Source: Azolla caroliniana
Taxonomy: Eukaryota; Plantae; Polypodiophyta
Length of the DNA stretch: 64,000 bases
Reading direction: 5' to 3'
Assembly: GCA_043228905.1 (NCBI GenBank)
Contig: JBHGNT010000016.1
Span: forward strand, 992,001 to 1,056,000
The notes under the pieces were generated by a model. It did not search any database. It had not been told where the DNA came from and worked only from the letters and a program-made list of their open reading frames with translations. The position numbers and the translations under genes are program-made. Positions 37,054-50,761 of this stretch are shown here, piece after piece (position 1 is the first letter of the stretch; each line of letters opens with the position of its first letter).

Positions 37054-39583
37054 TAGTTGATATTGCATTTGTAAATGTTAGATTGTTTTTAGAATCATTG
37101 GTTATCTTACATGCTTTGTGGTCGTTTTAATTTTGTTGTCACTACCATCAAAGATAGATGCTTGTACAAATAGGGTTCATATCATAGAAGCATAGGCCAT
37201 GGTCAACAATAGCATAGGAAGTAACCAATAATCAATACAAATAAGATGACAAAGGTTGGGATCATTGTGTGGCAATGCTTGGATCAAGCTTATATTATGA
37301 TGTAATGCCCATAAATGGTTTATGTAAATAAAAGAGAAAAAATTGAAAATTGACAAAAAAAGACAAAGCTATACATATACAAAACTTTGAGGTGACAATG
37401 AGCAAAACACATGGAGTGTAGGTGCTTCACGTATACATGTATGGGATGTTATTGCATAACACCAAAAAATTTGATATTTCACTCTCTATGAATGAAGACA
37501 TTAGGCATTCTCGTCAAACGTTATCTATTTGAACAAATATTTATAATTTCAACGAGATCCATTTCAAAACAAGGGACATTTGTGATTGTCTATAAAAACC
37601 AAGAGAAGATTAACTAACCATACATGTATATCTATATTGTTGATCTTGCCACGATAATTTGTGATTGCATAATAAAATAATATGCTCTCAAGTTAAGTCA
37701 ATCAAATAAGTCAAGCATGATATGTATCGGAAATAAGTGAGTTCTAAGCATGGATTCATTATTATGAAAAAAATGATTCTATGATTTTATGAAATTTCAA
37801 CTTTCACTCCAGAGAATTTTCTGTCCAAATTCTTAGACATACTCTCAAGTTAAGTCAATCAGATCCTTCAAGAATGACATCGGAAATTAGCAAGTTTTAA
37901 GGATTTATTCATTATTATGAATTAAACAATTAGATGATCTTATGACAATTCAAATTTCACTCAAGAGAATTTTATGTGGTCAACGTTCATTCAATATCCA
38001 CTATTATAGTTAATCTAGTTATCCAAACTACTTCTTAAATTATGTAGAACCTTTGTCCAAATTCCAGTAATTGTTTGAGCATGCCTTTTTGCACATTTTG
38101 AAATACCTTAAAACACCTTGTCTTCCAAATATACCAAATTGTAATACTACTTATTGATTACCATATTTCAGTTTTAGCCGTCGTCGTTTTGGATTCAATG
38201 GTATATTCTTTTTTGCATCATACCATGTCTTTGAGAAATAGCATATGCAACATCCTCCTCCTCATATAAATTTTTTAAAAATATTTTCTAGTCATTTAAT
38301 TGAGTGTAGGAGTGGGATTAACAATCTGGTTCAATAAGTGAACCAATTCGCTCCATTAGCATGCTCAATAGTGTTTGCCCCCTAAAGTCTATAGCAATGA
38401 GTGAACAAAGTCATATTAACATCGTATGCTACTTAACAAAACTCAAGGAAAAAACTTGTGGTTTATCACCTTAGTGTAATATCACTATCAATTATCACAA
38501 ACAAATGATTTCTCCTAGTAAAATACATATTTTGCATGTGTATATATCCATAAACAAGTGCATGTGCACGGTATATATTCCGATAAAAGAAAACTACCAA
38601 TTTTTTTCATGAAGAATGAATGTATTATAAGTTATAACTATTAAGGATAACCAAAAGGGATACAAAGAAAACAATTTTATACTCTCAATTTCTCGTAAAG
38701 AATTATGCAATCTATAGAATATAACATATGGATCCGTCACCATTTATAACTTTCAACACGTTTCACTTATATAAATAAAACGGTGATTAATATGACGACA
38801 TAGAGAAATATATAGGTAGTCCTTAGTGCTCAAACAACAAAAATAGATAGTTATGTTTTGGATATGTGCTATCGAAAACAGTGAAACATGGATGATGGAA
38901 CTACAAACAAAAACAAAATTTATATTTTCAATTTCAATTTCATGTAAAAAATTGTAGAAAAGTTATAAATTTTGTTTCCGTTTATAATTCCAAGTATAAA
39001 AATTGGTTCATCTTGAGGCCGTTTTGTGGGGGCATCCCATTGTCTACCCTTTTGTGGGTGAGGCGAGCGAAAGTTGTGGTCAATCACTCTCAAGCTACTT
39101 ACACTTAAACTAATTGTTAAAACAAACTATACCACAATTGACCACTTAATCCTATGCAAAAGACAATAGTTGCTACTAAAAGAATAACAAAAAAGCAACA
39201 AGTCATCAACTAGCTTAAGTTTTCATTAGTCCATGCTTATAGTAATTACAGGTTATGAATGAGAAAATGTTAATGCTCTAAGGATAATGGTCAAATATAC
39301 GAGGAGAGGGAATGTGATAGACACCTTAGCTTTAACTATAGGGTTCCTTCTTCCTTGGAACAGGGGGCCAAGAGATGGAGAAAGGAGGTACTCAAATAGG
39401 ATGAGGTGTACAAGGAAATGGAAGGCACAATGGCAAAAGGCGAGGCAATTGTCATTCTTGAGCTTAAGCCACTGAAACTTGAAGACCATCCTTCTAGTTT
39501 ATTACCCCGCCTTTTGTAATCACACCCTATGTTAAAAGGGTTCTCATTTTACTCAAACATTGTTGTGCAAAATAATTGTTAAT

Positions 39584-42500
39584 TGTAGAGAGATCAAGCT
39601 CAACTTAGTTTAGTTAGTTAGTCAACCATGTAACTTCGTAGTTACCTAGATAGAATCTAGTTAGAACTGTTGACTATAACGCCTTAAATAGGACCTTGTA
39701 CTTAAGTAGGATATTCTAGATCCTCCACTCCTAAGTACATTTAATATAGGACTTACACATTAGTACTTATATTCTACTCACACATGTGCACCTTTGCGCA
39801 TGAGATGTATATATATCTCATTGTGGGTATTTTTGTATTTGATGATAATGATAATGCTAAATTAATATACTTACTCATCCCCTATCTTGTGTTATTCATA
39901 AGTATCTCTCTCTCTCTCTCTCTCACACACATATCACTTAATCTTCCGCGCTTAACTTAATCACATAATTAGGTACTAATTAACTCTTAATTACTTACCT
40001 AATTATTAACATGGTATTAGAGCGTGTGGTTTAGAAAATCCACTAAGCCCACCCGACTCTGTGATTGTGTGTTTGAGACGCCGACGACAAAATCCAGCTA
40101 TCGGCTACCGTAGTGCCGCTACGTAGCACGTGTACGTCATCAAAGGAACAAAAGCAAAAGAAGAGAAGACACTACAATCAACACGAACACACAAATGGGT
40201 AGCTCAGTCCCTAGTGAAAAGCTAGACCCGAGTAATTATTCATCTTGGGAGTACAAGATGACCCAATACCTCGTCGGCCAAGGGTATTGGAGCTACATCT
40301 ACAACGCTCAAGAAAATCAACCGAACTCAAAGAATGCCGACTACGCAACATGGGAGCAAGCGGCTAGTCGAGTCATGTATTGCTTGGCAACATGTGTCCA
40401 CGACCACATGCTTAGCCACATTCGAGACGCCAAGACGCCTAAAGAGGCGTGGGCGAATTTAAAGAAAATTTTCGCGGCCAACACGACCGCCCGACAGCTT
40501 CAACTCTAACAAGAGTTGAACAACATCCGGCAAGAAGATATGTTTGTCTCGGACTACACCGCCAAGATCAAGAGCATTTGCGACTCACTTGGTTCCATCA
40601 ACATAAACGTCGACGAAGACGAGATGGTTCAAGTATGCTTGGGCGGCCTCGCACAACGATTCGATCCATTACGGACGACAATCTTGGCGAGAGAAAACCC
40701 TCCTTCATTCTTCGACCTCCAATCAATGTTATTGGTCAAAGAGAACCACGTCCAAACCAAAAGCAAGACGTCGAAAGGACAAATGTTCTTCTTGAATTCA
40801 AACGGTGGCCGCGGAGGAGGGCACGGCGGTAGAAGAGGTCAATTCGGCCCATCACACGAAGGGAACTCAAACCTTCACGGAAGCCATCGAGGAACCTTCG
40901 GAAGAAGGGGGAGCTTCCATGCCGAACAAGGTCGGCAAATGAGGCCTGCAACTTGTAATTATTGCGACAAAGTGGGCCACTACGAGGCAGAGTGTCGGAA
41001 AAAGAGAAGTGAGTCAGCTTCAACAAGTTGACAACTCACAAACTACGCATCGAACTCTGACTACGACAATTGTAGCGAAATGTTCACAAATCGCACATCG
41101 AATTCTGACTACAGCGACTGTGGCTTAATGTTCGTAATGAGGCATAGAGCGAACTCTACGATGGCCTCCAACTCCGCAAGCACCTCCAATTCGGAAGACG
41201 TGTGGTTCGTCGATTTTGGCGCCTCACATCACATGACATCCCACAAGGAGTGATTCAATGACTTATGTACACCGGATTGACCCGGCTTCATAGAGATGGG
41301 AGACGACACCACGCACCCCATTCGGCACATCGGCAATGTCCCATTCGGGAAAGAAGGCGAGCAAACTTGCATCAAGAATGTCTTGCACGTGCCCACAATA
41401 ACGAAGAATTTGGTCTCGATCGGCCAAATCGTGGAGGAAGGCATGCAAGTCCGCTTCAACAACGAAGGTTGTTTCATCGAGAAAGATGGTCGACTTATAG
41501 CGAAGGGGCGGAGAGATAGCCGAATGTTCATCCTCGATTCGAACGAGGTGAAATCGGCAATGTACGCCAAAGGTCTCAAAACCGAGACAAGCATCGAGTT
41601 GTGGCACAAGAGAATTGGCCACATAAACCTCCAACAGCTACGAGCGATGCAAACCAAGGGAGTCGTCATTGGACTTCCGACATTTGAGTCGACCGAGTAT
41701 GCGAAGCGTGTCAACTCGTCAAACAACATCGACTCCCATTCCCGAAGGAGAGCTTCGCAAGCAAAGGCCTCCTCGACATCATACACTCGGATGTATGGGG
41801 ATTGACTCAAACGCCGATGATCGACGGATGCCGATACTACGTTGTCGTAGTGTATTCCACACACTACGTGAAAACCATAAAATAATATATCCGATTTTAG
41901 ATACATATAAATAAATAAATAATATATCAAAATATTTATCACGTGCATAGGGCAAGATTCAAACCTTGCACCTCCACGTAGATAAACCTCAACTTTACCA
42001 TTGTAATAACTTATCTTTAGTGTTATACATATAGATTTAATACGTATAAGACCTTTATTTACACATACCTTTATTAAAAGGTAAAAATCATGTATTCTTT
42101 AGGATGTGAATATTTTATTTACACGTGACATTAAAAGTGACTTATGCACATCTAGCGTGCATGAGCCCTATACTTAGGAAATGACAAAGCATCACATGCA
42201 CATTTAGTGTGCATGGACACTTTTGGTGAAAAAGCATGAAGCCATTCTTAGCCTCTTCCATCTTTATATAAGGAGGAGAGAAATATGTATAAGGTTGTTG
42301 ATTAATATACAAGGATTGATCAATCTAATATATTCGTGGGATTCACGAATTTTGCCATCTAAATTACTCTTATAATCTAAATATTGTTTTAAATACACTA
42401 AACTCGTGGGATTCATGAGATTGCTATCTTACTTCTCTTTCTACTATTCATAACTAGCCTTAAGTTGTATTCCTCTTCCTCCTAGTCCAAAACCTTGGCG

Positions 42501-44280
42501 GTTCCCACCCGACTCACGCAACGATCCGGAGCCGAAAGGCACGACAACGTAACCTTCATCGACGATTATTCGCGCTATGCGTGGATCTACTCGATGAAGA
42601 AGAAGAGCGAAGTGTTCTCCCACTTCCAAAAGCTCAAGGGGCAAGTCGAAAAAGAAACCGGTCGGCACATTCGATGCCTACGATCGGATGGAGGAAAGGA
42701 GTACTTCTCTGACGAATTCACCTCCTACCTTCAAAGTGAAGGCATTCGCAAAGAATTCTCATGCCGACACACACCCCAACAAAATGGAGTCGCCGAAAGG
42801 AAGAATCGACAAATACTCGGGGTAGCACGCGCCATGATGCATGAGAAGCACATGCAGAATTTCTATTGGGCCAAAGCGGCATCCACGGCCGTCTATCTCA
42901 TGAACCGGTGCACCACCAATGAAGTCCATGAGCTAACTCTATACGAGCTCCTCGTCAGCAAGAAGCCGATCCTGTCGCACCTCAAGGTGTTCGGAAGCAT
43001 TGCAAATGTACACATCCTGAACGAACGACGATAGAAGGCCGATGCGAAGTCGAAGGAATGTATCCTCATAGGATACTCGTCCGAGAAGAAGGCGTACAAG
43101 TGCTACAACCCTTCTACCGGAGTGGTTCAGGTAAGTCGAGACATAGTCTTCGACGAGTTCGCATTGTGGTACGCATCAGAGACAACTTCGACTCTGACTC
43201 TGCTCGACCCGGAATAGGCTGAACAGGAGGTAGAAGATGGAGATCGCTTCGAACACATGTTTGAAGAAAGTTCGATTACGACAAAGCCTAGTTGGCCACA
43301 AGAGCCCCCACATGACCCAAGCATGTCGTGGCCAAGTACGAACTTGGATAAAGGCAAAGGTAAGATGCCCGAATACAAAGTCAATCACCCCGATGACAAT
43401 GATTCAGATGTGTCGGCTCCCTCACTAGACAGTGAGTTCGGTGTACCCATCATGCGTGCACCCGGACCGGAGTATAGAAGGCGCTCACATCGGCGAGCGA
43501 AAAACTTCCACGCTCTTCTAGAGAGAAGAATCTCGTCACTCGGCTCGGCTACAACGAGTATATGGCCCATCATTACGCCTTCACGATGAAGGTAGCGACC
43601 GAACAAGAGCCCAAGAGCTCCACCGAAGCGACTCGTCACCCACGATGGGTGGAAGTAGTCGACCTTTGCCCACACACTACAAGCCTTTGTCACCAGCTTG
43701 AGGGGGAGGACCCGAGATTGCCACGACGAAGAAAGCCGAAGGCCGAACGGAAGCTGCACAGAAGTCGACATCGAAAGATGAACAACGCCGAAAACAATGC
43801 CGGATGTCGGACGCCTCACACTTGAGCTTGAGGGGGCGTGTTGCGAGATCAAGCTCAACTTAGTTTAGTTAGTTAGTCAACCATGTAACTTCGTAGTTAC
43901 CTAGATAGAATCTAGTTAGAACTATTGACTATAACGCCTTAAATAGGACCTTGTACTTAAGTAGGATATTCTAGATCCTCCACTCCTAAGTACATTTAAT
44001 ATAGGACTTACACATTAGTACCTATATTCTACTCACACATGTGCACCTTTGCACATGAGATGTATATATACCTCATTGTGGGTATTTTTGTATTTGACGA
44101 TGATGATAATGATAATTTAATATACTTACTCATCCCCCATCTTGTGTTATTCATAAGTGTATCTCTCTCTCTCTCTCTTCCTCTCACACACATACACACA
44201 TATCACTTAATCTTCCACGCTTAACTTAATCACATAATTAGGTACTAATTAACTCTTAATTACTTACCTAATTATTAACA
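39584..44280 (+). mobile_element. Ty1/copia LTR retrotransposon, degenerate, RT-RNase H deleted
   Basis: LTRs 39584-40011 and 43839-44280; TSD TTAAT; PBS TGGTATTAGAGC (tRNA-iMet, 1 mismatch) at 40012; PPT GAGGGGGCG; gag with CCHC, protease (WFVDFGASHHMT), LWHKRIGH, integrase (TFIDDYSR, RSDGGKEY, QQNGVAERKN). Confidence 0.96.
41843..42546. mobile_element. 704-bp insertion in the copia integrase, probably a solo LTR
   Basis: Ends TGTCGT..ACGACA with a 4-bp TSD ACGT; removing it restores R-Y-Y-V-T-F-I-D-D. Confidence 0.85.
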
Positions 44281-44414
44281 TTAATCTTAAACCAAGTTAA
44301 TCTCATTATGTAACAATGTTGTGAGGCTTCGTCATGAGAGAGCACTCTCCCTAAGCACCCTTTCCCAAAAGAGCCCCTTGGAATCTATGAGTGCTCATTC
44401 ATACCACGAGCACC

Positions 44415-44870
44415 AAGCCATTCCATTAAGGGAATCAAACAGAAGATTCCAACAAAGGATTACGTGAAAGAGGGGGGCATTCCACGAAGAGATTGCATGA
44501 GCCCAACACATGAAGGGGAGATTGCACGAAGGTGTTCCACGAACAGTTTACACTAGGCCATCCCACAAAGTCCATTCCACCAAAGGGTTCGCACATACTT
44601 CATCGAGAGCAGCCATTCCACGAAGGGTTTACACTAAGGCATCTCGCGAGGCCATTCCACATAGGGTTTACACACTAGGCCATTCCATGAAGGGTTTACT
44701 TTAGGTCATTCCAGAAAAGGTTTACACTAGACCATTATATGAGGCCATTCCATGAGTATTCCCGAGAGCAGTTCACAAAAGGGCTTGCATGAAGGTCATT
44801 CCAAGAAGGCAGCGCACAAAGGGATTGTGTGATTTAGGTTATTCCACAAAGGCAATCCACAAAGGGAGAG
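44415..44870. repeat. Degenerate ~26-bp minisatellite (CCATTCCACGAAGGGTTTACACTAGG-like)
   Basis: More than ten diverged copies of the CATTCCA core. Confidence 0.75.
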
Positions 44871-47042
44871 CATGAAAAACATTTCACAAGAGAAGAATAC
44901 GAGAATTTATGCTATTCTCATGTCGCTAGAAGAGTAGTAAGCCACGTATAATTCACAATATATGTTTAATCAGTGAAATAAACTAAGATATCATGAGATA
45001 TGAGAAGAAAATACATGTAATTAAACATGCATACATTGGATAAATTTAAGACTATATTAGAAGAGAATTATTGCTTATGAGAAGAATACAAAGGATATGA
45101 GAATTTATGCTATTCTCACATCGCTAGAAGAGTAGTAAGCCACATAAAATTCACAATATATGTTTAATTATGAAAGAAACTAAGATATCATGAGATATAA
45201 GAAGAAAATACATGTAATTAAACATGCATACATTGGATAAAATTAAGACTATATTAGAAGAGAATTATTGCTTATACATGAATAACTTTGATGGCTTAGG
45301 AGAGAAGAGGAATGGCGTAAGCTAACTCTAGCTTGAAGAGGTGCTTCCCTTTTTGTAGCCCACTTCTCTTACATCCATGCATTGCCTTTTATAGGAATGG
45401 TCGTGTCTTAAATTAGTTGCATGTCTACCGTTTCACATATTTTTGACCATTGCTTTGCTCCTCTTTTTCTTTATGCACACTTCTTTTCTCCACTATAGAA
45501 TTCTTCTTTTAATTTTTTCTTGCCCACTACTTTTAAGGTAAATAGATATTATCTAATATAAAATCTTTATGACATATTTAATTATCAGTATTATCTACTA
45601 TATTATTATATTTTAATAATATTGTGGTGTGCATGTGTGAACACATGCAAACCACAATATACTAGGTTACTTAATATTTACCTATTCATTAAATAAAACT
45701 TATAGCCTAGTTATAAAAACGTGATATATTTGAATTTAATAGACTAATGAGCTTGTTTATTTCAACAAAGGGATTACACAAAAGTGAATCTAGAAAAGGG
45801 GCTTTGAGCCCAGATAACGGGTAAGTAACTACGAATACCTTTCCAACGACATTGTGTCTTCCCTGGTTCATGTGTCCCTTATGATCCCGCTTGAGCAAAG
45901 CACACACGTGTGTTGACACGACAATGGTAGTAATGACATTTGAAGATTCCGTGACAAGACTCTAGAGATCAATGTTTGTTGCCACTAACCCAAAGAGACC
46001 TTAAACCATACATTGACTATCAATAGTCTCTCAAAAGTGAATAGAATACCAAATAGCGTGGGCATGTTGTAGGCGAAATATATAATGAACCCATATGTGC
46101 AAGCCATCGTAAGTGGCATGAATGCTCGTATCTTAATATAACATCAATCACAATATTGTAGTTGGTTCAAGGCATTTGTCCTGCAACACCTATACGGTTG
46201 TTGGAGTGCACCCAATGTGAGTTTTGGGCAAGGAACTTTGGTAGAACACCCTAAATTTCTACCTCGGACAATTGGACCATTGTCATCATCAATTTTGCCT
46301 CAACAACTTCCTCTCCCATGCATAAGAGCTCAATTGTTTGAACCTAAATATGACCATGATAGAGGTTCGTGTCGTTGTCATTGTCGTTTTGGGGGGGAAG
46401 GGGGGGGGCTTATCAAAGTGATGAATCATGGATCGATTATGATGGGGTACAATATTGAGTTTTTCTAGCAACATATAAAGGTAAATGTTGACCTTACTCG
46501 TGTGAATACATCACAAAGCGAACACGAGGAGGAGAGTCAAGGGTAGAGAGGAGAACCATGACACCCAAAAATAAATATTGTGATTCCTAAGGTTCCCTCA
46601 CATGGTGAGAGAATGCCTCACCAAACGTGAATACTTCTATGTCGCGATCGAAATCGAAGTAGGGTTATTTGCTAGTAACTTTGAAGAGTGCTTGTGAATT
46701 CAATCAAGAAACAAATCAATAGCCCAAGGCACACACCAAAGACTCATTAACTACAAGCACATCATCCAAGGTGAATTGGATGCATGCATTCGCTACTATG
46801 GATAGAACACATTCAACTAATATCAAGTGTTATGATGAAGATGGCTAAACAACGTCTTGTTTTGTAAACACTTTAAATATGACCTATGAGACCATTGATA
46901 GGTAAACCACCAACGAGGATCGAACACATTCAATCAATGTCAAGTGTTGTTATGAAGATGGTTGAACAATGTCTTGTTTTGCGAACACTCTGAGAGTTTT
47001 CAGATAGAGGTCAAATATGACCTATGAGACCATTGATAGGTA

Positions 47043-47114
47043 AGCCACCAGCAAGGATCGAACTCGCGACCTTTCCCTTACGAAGGGAACACACTACCAC
47101 TGTGCTATGGAGGC
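47043..47114 (-). tRNA. tRNA-Thr(CGT), variant copy
   Basis: Cloverleaf with anticodon arm TTCCC-TTCGTAA-GGGAA and GTTCGATCC B box; 2 substitutions relative to the 57002 copy. Confidence 0.88.
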
Positions 47115-47465
47115 ATTACAAGTGTAGATGCTATGCTCTACAATCACAAGTAACCGAGTCTAACAAAATCGATCACGTAATGTGTAATGCGGTATGCGTG
47201 GGATCAATTACACATTGTGTGTAGATGTGAGACGTAGTCTGGGCAATTTGAAGAAGGGGCCAATGAAGGCAAAGTCTCAAATTTGGCTTCTTTAACACTT
47301 TGGATTGCTGCTCATGGTGAGTTTATTATTAGCTTAGCTAACCAGACATTGGGTTTAGTTAAGCTACATAAATGAATTGAAGCCATCTATCTTCTAATGA
47401 GAATGTGTGGGGGGGTCGAAGCAAAAGTTCTACTGTGAGGCGTGGGTTTGGAATTGGTTGGCGCC

Positions 47466-47932
47466 ATGGGGAGGCTCGACCATCGCCATCACGCCTTCAT
47501 CCAATCGCTCATGGCCAGAGGTCCTATCACAGACGCGGATGCCAAGGCCATGTTCCTTTCTCTCTGCCAACAAGGTTTCCATCCTCTCTCGCAAATCTTA
47601 AATTTTAAATTTTTTTATTTCTGTTTTTTGAATGGATATTAATTAATCTGTCTCTAAAGATGTCCAGATGTGGTCGATCTTCTCCCCGTTTCTACCCCTG
47701 TCAAAAACACGGCTTTGTTTCCTTAAGCATATTGTAAGAGTTAAATTATGTTGGAATTTTGTCTGTATTTCTACCACCGTCAAAAACATGTATTTATTGT
47801 TCATCATGTCCAAAACATGTCTGTATCAGTGTTTTTTTTCTTGTCCATGCTTCTGTTTGTCCATTGTAGATTGGATTCTGATGTCAACATATGGCCAACG
47901 TTATTGTTTCTCATGTCAAATTGTGTCTTTGT

Positions 47933-47976
<44 letters not shown>

Positions 47977-50761
47977 TCTCCTGTCAAAACATGCCTTTTA
48001 TTGTTGTTGGTCATGTTCAGAACATGTCTATATCACCTGGTTTTGTATATATATTTCTATTTATTGCGTATATGCTGGTGTTTGATGTAAAGATGTGGTC
48101 AACAGTATTGTTTGGCTCTTCAGATCAAATGCTGTTGTTTATCCTATGTAAAGGGACTTATGATGTGGCTGATCTTGTAAGACATGATGGTACTGCTGTT
48201 TATTGTGGCAAAATATGGAGAACACTGTTGTTTATCATATATATAGTGGCTTGTGATGTCAATATATTTCTATACTGCTGTTTATCATGCATATAGTGGC
48301 TTTTGATGTCAATGCATGCCATTATTCTGTCAAGATATGCCTACACTGTTTTTTATTCCAGTATGTAATGCTGATGTCAACTTTCTACCTATGGCTGTGT
48401 ATACTGTACGTAGTGGCTCGTCATATCAACTTTCAAGATATGGCTGCACATTGTTTGTTCTGTGCATAATATCTTATGATGATGCCATAATATGGATATA
48501 CTTTTGTTTATCCTGTACAAAGGGGCTTGCAATACCAATATTTCTTTTATGATTAGATAATTTATGAGGTGATAGAAATCCTATTGGACTGGGAGATACT
48601 TACAAAATTCCCCTTGTCCTTTCTTCAGGATCTGAGGAGTTTCCACAATTTGTTGCCATTATCAATAAAGAGATGAACTTTTTACAGTTGGAAATTCGGG
48701 CGGGCACTAATCAGTATGATGGGAAGCTGTACTATGGTATTGTCAATAAAGTTGGAAATGAGCAGGCTAAGCTGGGAACACAGTACACACATGCTCAAAT
48801 TGCCTTTTTCAAGGCTGTGGTGGGTTTCATATTTCAAAGATATTCACATTTTAAGTAACGAGCAGATATCTTCATGCATATGACATATGTTGATGAGTGT
48901 ATGCAAAAGTTTGGTAACCTGTGATTGCTCCTAACTGACATTGTATTAATAATAGAAAATGAAAAGTCAATGCACAACTCGATGCTTACCGGAAAATATG
49001 CTATTTATGATGACTCTTAAATTGGCAAAATTTATGCCTGATTATGTCCAGAAAGATTGACTTTTCCAAGGGCAGACACTGGATTTTATTAAGAGTCATG
49101 ATTATCGTTATTGTATTTGGATTTTCTATTTCATGATCATTTGCAGCCCTTACGACCACTTCCTGCATCAGGATGGTGGACTTTGTTGGTGCCAGTTGGA
49201 TCATGCATTGGTTTGTTTAATATTGAGGCTTTAGCTCATCGGTTCCCAAGAGGGATGCAGAATCTCGGGCATCATTATTTTGTGTGATTCCCTCTGAATA
49301 TATTCTTATGCTATTTGGGGAGGAGATGATCTAGACATTTGTCCTTGTGTTTATTGGCTTGTAGTTTAGCACATTTGGATATGTCCTTGAGTATATTATA
49401 CACACTTTTTTAGAGTGGATTAGGTTCCTGTCTATGGTGCATTATTTACTTGTGGTATTGGAATCCATAATTGCCATGGGCTTGAAACAATTTTTTTTTT
49501 CCCGTAGGAATATAAGGATGCAGAATCTATGTGCAAGTCCTTTCTTTAAGTAGTTGTATGTCTGCAAGGTCAATAGTTAATGTTGTCTACATCAGGCTGC
49601 AGTGACCCTGTAGTATTGTTTGTTAGTATGTAGCAGATATTTGACGTAGAGCTCATTCCCGGTTTGATGTGTTGAGGATTGATTGTACTGATTTTGAGTG
49701 TCAATTGTACTATCATTTTGGTTGCACTGTTGGTTTATCTTCATGTTGACTTTGTTCTGCCAGATCATTGCTTCGTTGTGATCTGCATTTGTTCTTAGTA
49801 GGATCCGTCTTTCTTGCTGAAGTATCTGACCTACACATACTTTGCAACTCTCTCCTTAATATTTTCATTTTTAATCTCAAAGGTTCTAGTTGTCACATCA
49901 GAAGGCATTATCTTTTAAAGTGTGTCTTGTTTTTCAGTTGGAAAAAGTTATTTTTGATACATCATTAGAAGGGAAGATATCAAGCATTCAAGCTCTAAAT
50001 TTGCAATTGGAAGCACAGGTATTCTTGTTCAAAGTCTCTTCATGTTTTCAGCTTTTATATTATCTTCTTGGTTTTTCCATGACTCAGATTTGCTTATGTT
50101 AGAATGAGCAAGAATTGATGGGTGACAATGCGGCACAAGCACCAGTTTTAAGCCTGACTCTGGCACAGAAAGAGAAGACTTTACAAGACCTTACGCATGA
50201 TCATTGGTTGAATTTTTCAGCAGATGGAATGGTTGCCTTGGGTGTGAGGTCTTTCCTGGAGTTATGGAATGTTTTCAAAAATTATGATGTTCCTATTTGT
50301 AATGTTTGCAATGAAGCAGGAATAAAGGTATGCTTTTCTTCTAAACCTCTTCTTTGTGGAGGCTTTTTGTCCCCCTTCTTTGAACAATTTTGGAGTACAT
50401 TACAGGCCCAAGCATGTCAAAATGAAGAGTGTTCAGTGCGAATGCATGACTATTGTGTCAAAAAGAAATTCCATCGTGCACGAGTTAATCCTCTTTCTTT
50501 TAAAATTACTCCTACATCTATAGATATGTACTTGCTATTACGGAATGCTACAGATATTTAGTTGTTTCTTTGTTGTAATAACTGATATAGGTACCAAGAG
50601 AATGTCCAAAATGTAGAACCAAGTGGAACACCAATGACAATCAAGTTTTAGGAAGTGAGCAAGAAGCTAATGAAGTTTTTGAAGATGAAGTCCCTAGCTC
50701 TTCAGCAGGTTTAAGAAGGCTACGCAAAAATCGCAAGGTACGTGATGATGCCATACATTAA
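47466..50761 (+). CDS. NSE1: Non-SMC element 1 of the SMC5/6 complex (3' end uncertain)
   Basis: RHHAFIQSLMARGP, NQYDGKLYYGIVNKV, LGVRSFLEL and RING-like CNVC..CQNEEC..HDYC..CPKC; exons 47466-47574, 48629-48819, 49938-50018, 50103-50327, 50406-50483, 50591-50737/50761. Confidence 0.92.

Noticed and set aside
44415-44870. Short repeats with variable gaps as a CRISPR array
   Set aside because: Repeats are degenerate and contiguous, the gaps are themselves repeat-derived, and there are no cas genes
47668-48552. 140-182-aa ORFs
   Set aside because: Inside NSE1 intron 1; caused by (AT)n and the degenerate array
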